NCBI GenBank assembly: GCA_964016885.1
Contig: OZ024744.1
Coordinates: 15,004,001-15,068,000, forward strand
DNA from: Eledone cirrhosa
Taxonomy: Eukaryota
Direction: 5' to 3'
DNA length: 64,000 bases
A program made the position numbers and the translations under genes. This document shows positions 60,001-64,000 of the stretch, one piece after another. The notes under the pieces are model-generated. The model ran no database searches. It had not been told where the DNA came from and worked only from the letters and a program-made list of their open reading frames with translations. Position 1 is the first letter of the stretch; each line of letters opens with the position of its first letter.

Positions 60001-63000
60001 ACTCCAGCAATATGTAATGTAGATTACTTCAGCAATATGTAATGTAGATTACTCCAGCAATATGTAATGTAGATTACTCCAGCAATATGTAATGTAGATT
60101 ACTCCAGCAATATGTAATGTAGATTACTCCAGCAATATGTAATGTAGATTAGTCCAGCAATATGTAATGTATATTACTCCAGCAATATGTAATGTATATT
60201 ATTTCAGCAATATGTAATGCAGATTACTTCAGCAATATGTAATGTAGATTACACCAGCAATATGTAATGCATATTATTCTAGCAACATGTAATGTAGATT
60301 ACTCCAGCAATATGTAATGTAGATTACTTCAGCAATATGTAATGTAGATTACTCCAGCAATATGTAATGTATATTACTCCAGCAATATGTAATGTAGATT
60401 ACTCCAGCAATATGTAATTTTGATTACTCCAGCAATATGTAATGTATATTACTCCAGCAATATGTAATGTAGATTACTCCAGCAATATGTAATTTAGATT
60501 ACTCCAGTAATATGTAATGTATATTACTCCAGCAATATGTAATATAGATTACTCCAGCAATATGTAATGTAGATTACTTCAGCAATATGTAATGTAGATT
60601 ACTTCAGCAATATGTAATGTAGATTACTCCAGCAATATGTAATGTAGATTACTCCAGCAATATGTAATGTAGATTACTCCAGCAATATGTAATTTAGATC
60701 ACTCCAGCAATATGTAATGTATATTACTCCAGCAATATGTAATGTAGATTAGTCCAGCAATATGTAATGTATATTACTCCAGCAATATGTAATGTATATT
60801 ATTTCAGACAATATGTAATGCAGATTACTCCAGTAATATGTAATGTAGATTACTTCAGCAATATGTAATGTAGATTACTCCAGCAATATGTAATGTATAT
60901 TACTCCAGCAATATGTAATGTATATTACTCCAGCAATATGTAATTTAGATTACTCCAGCAATATGTAATGAATATTACTCCAGCAATATGTAATGTAGAT
61001 TACTTCAGCAATATGTAATGTATATTACTCCAGCAATATGTAATGTAGATTACTCCAGCAATATGTAATGTAGATTACTCCAGCAATATGTAATGTAGAT
61101 TACTCCAGCAATATGTAATGTATATTACTTCAGAAATATGTAATGTAGATTACTCCAGCAATATGTAATGTATATTACTCCAGCAATATGTAATGTAGAT
61201 TACTCCAGCAATATGTAGTGCATATTACTCCAGCAATATGTAATGTAGATTACTCCAGCAATATGTAATGTAGATTACTTCAGCAATATGTAATATAGAT
61301 TACTCCAGCAATATGTAATGTAGATCACTCCAGCAATATGTAATGTAGATTACTCCAGCAATATGTAATGTAGATTACTCCAGCAATATGTAATGTAGAT
61401 TACTCCAGCAATATGTAATGTATATTACTCCAGCAATATGTAATGTGTATTACTCCAGCAATATGTAATGTATATTACTCCAGCAATATGTAATGTAGAT
61501 TACTTCAGCAATATGTAATGTAGATTACTCAAGCAATATGTAATGTAGATTACTCCAGCAATATGTAATGTAGATTACTCCAGCAATATGTAATGTAGAT
61601 TACTCCAGCAATATGTAATGTAGATTACTCCAGCAATATGTAATGTATATTACTTCAGCAATATGTAATGTAGATTACTCCAGCAATATGTAATGTAGAT
61701 TACTCCAGCAATATGTAATGCAGATTACTTCAGCAATATGTAATATAGATTACTCCAGCAATATGTAGTGCATATTACTCCAGCAATATGTAATGTAGAT
61801 TACTCCAGCAATATGTAATGTAGATTACTTCAGCAATATGTAATATAGATTACTCCAGCAATATGTAATGTAGATCACTCCAGCAATATGTAATGTAGAT
61901 TATTCCAGCAATATGTAATGTAGATTACTCCAGCAATATGTAATGTAGATTACTCCAGCAATATGTAATGTAGATTACTCCAGCAATATGTAATGTAGAT
62001 TACTCCAGCAATATGTAATGTATATTACTCCAGCAATATGTAATGTATATTACTCCAGCAATATGTAATGTATATTACTTCAGCAATATGTAATGTAGAT
62101 TACTTCAGCAATATCTAATGTAGATTACTCCAGCAATATGCAATGTAGACTACTCCAGCAATATGTAATGTAGATTACTCCAGCAATATGTAATGTAGAT
62201 TACTCCAGCAATATGTAATGCATATTACTCCAGCAATATGTAATGTAGATTACTACAGAAATATGTAATGTAGATTAGTCCAACAATATGTAATGTAGAT
62301 TACTCCAGCAATATGTAATGTAGATTACTCCAGCAATATGGAATGTAGATTACTCCAGCAATATGTAATGTAGATTACTCCAGCAATATGTAATGTAGAT
62401 TACTCCAGCAATATGTAATGTATATTACTTCAGCAATATGTAATGTAGATTACTCCAGCAATATCTAATGTATATTACTCCAGCAATATGTAATGTTGAT
62501 TACTCCAGCAATATGTAGTGCATATTACTCCAGCAATATGTAATGTAGATTACTCCAGCAATATGTAATGTAGATTACTTCAGCAATATGTAATATAGAT
62601 TACTCCAGCAATATGTAATGTAGATCACTCCAGCAATATGTAATGTAGATTATTCCAGCAATATGTAATGTAGATTACTGCAGCAATATGTAATGTAGAT
62701 TACTCCAGCAATATGTAATGTAGATTACTCCAGCAATATGTAATGTATATTACTCCAGCAATATGTAATGTATATTACTCCAGCAATATGTAATGTGTAT
62801 TACTCCAGCAATATGTAATGTATATTACTCCAGCAATATGTAATGTAGATTACTTCAGCAATATGTAATGTATATTACTTCAGCAATATGTAATGTAGAT
62901 TACTCAGGCAATATGTAATGTAGATTACTTCAGCAATATGTAATGTATATTACTTCAGCAATATGTAATGTAGATTACTCCAGCAATATGTTATGCATAT

Positions 63001-64000
63001 TACTCCAGCAATATGTAATGTAGATTACTCCAGCAATATGTAGTGCATATTACTCCAGCAATATGTAATGTATATTATTCCAGCAATATGTAATGTAGAT
63101 TACTCCAGCAATATGTAATGTAGATTACTCCAGCAATATGTAATGTAGATTACTCCAGCAATATGTAATGTAGATTACTTCAGCAATATGTAATGTAGAT
63201 TACTCCAGCAATATGTAATGTAGATTACTCCAGCAATATGTAATGTAGATTACTCCAGCAATATGTAATGTATATTACTCCAGCTATATGTAATGTAGAT
63301 TACTCCAGCAATATGTAGTGTATATTACTTCAGCAATATCTAATTTAGATTACTCCAGCAATATGTAATGTAGATTACTCCAGCAATATGTAATGTAGAT
63401 TACTCCAGCAATATGTAATATAGATTACTCCAGCAATATGTAATGCATATTACTCCAGCAATATGTAATGTAGATTACTCCAGAAATATGTAATGTAGAT
63501 TACTCCAGCAATATGTAATGTAGATTACTCCAGCAATATGTAATGTAGATTACTCCAGCAATATGTAATGTAGATTACTTCAGCAATATGTAATGTAGAT
63601 TACTCCAGCAATATGTAATGTATATTACTTCAGCAATATGTAATGTAGATTACTCCAGCAATATGCAATGTAGATTACTCAAGCAATATGTAATGTAGAT
63701 TACTTAGGCAATATGTAATGTATATTACTTCAGCAATATGTAATGTATATTACTCCAGCAATATGTAATGTAGATTACTCCAGCAATATGTAATGTAGAT
63801 TACTCAAGCAATATGTAATGTAGATTACTCCAGCAATATGTAATGTATATTACTTCAGCAATATGTAATGTATATTACTCCAGCAATATGTAATGTAGAT
63901 TACTCCAGCAATATGTAATGTATATTACTCCAGCAACATGTAATGTAGATTACTCCAGCAATATCTAATGTATATTACTTCAGCAATATGCAATGTAGAT

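Larger units (their letters stand above)
1..64000. repeat. Tandem satellite array, 25-bp monomer CAGCAATATGTAATGTAGATTACTC, about 2,560 head-to-tail copies, running off both window ends
   Basis: The monomer reads directly at 1-25, 26-50 and onward. The last unit starts at 63981 = 1 + 2559x25 + 5, which matches the net +5 bp from the 9 indels seen. Common polymorphisms are G/T at position 18 and C/T at position 25. Most monomers are 0-3 substitutions from consensus. Confidence 0.99.

Noticed and set aside
1-64000. CRISPR array (25-bp partly palindromic repeat)
   Set aside because: The repeats are directly adjacent with no unique spacers, and no leader or cas genes are present.
1-64000. Repetitive protein-coding ORF
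   Set aside because: 25 is not a multiple of 3, so every frame cycles through all phases each 75 bp. It meets TAA (ATG TAA) or TAG on the plus strand and TAA (GAG TAA) on the minus strand. ORFs are limited to a few tens of codons.
1-64000. Telomerase-made long telomeric repeat (budding yeasts such as Kluyveromyces lactis have 25-bp units)
   Set aside because: There is no G-rich strand and no resemblance to telomere units I know. The length of 64 kb or more and the kb-scale inherited variant patterns indicate recombinational amplification, not templated synthesis.
1-64000. Sequencing or rolling-circle concatemer artefact, or synthetic DNA
   Set aside because: Variants and indels are shared between blocks in nested, hierarchical patterns, as expected from evolution. 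Random errors or a single circular template would not give this. Individual block duplications could still be assembly errors.
1-64000. Information-bearing code in the G/T (position 18) and C/T (position 25) pattern
   Set aside because: The patterns are copied along with the duplicated blocks and are explained by descent. I see no independent evidence of a readout. The 3125 = 5^5 length is treated as coincidence.

Overview
The whole 64 kb window is one uninterrupted, single-orientation tandem satellite array. The monomer is 25 bp, consensus CAGCAATATGTAATGTAGATTACTC (32% GC), present as about 2,559 full copies plus a 20-bp partial. I see no genes, RNA genes, transposon insertions, CRISPR spacers, inversions or unique flanks, and I do not recognise the satellite family or the organism; a eukaryotic heterochromatic locus is an inference. 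The information lies in the variants. Rare substitutions occur in a reproducible order that reconstructs a cryptic higher-order repeat (HOR) of about 125 monomers (about 3,125 bp). This HOR has been shuffled by in-register duplications and deletions with offsets of about 1.7-6.6 kb. Variant content changes along the array and becomes more diverged in the last 2 kb. Each monomer carries a dyad, GTAAT-N4-ATTAC. Only 9 phase-shifting indels are visible. Nothing here supports a new protein-coding system. All counts and offsets were made by eye.
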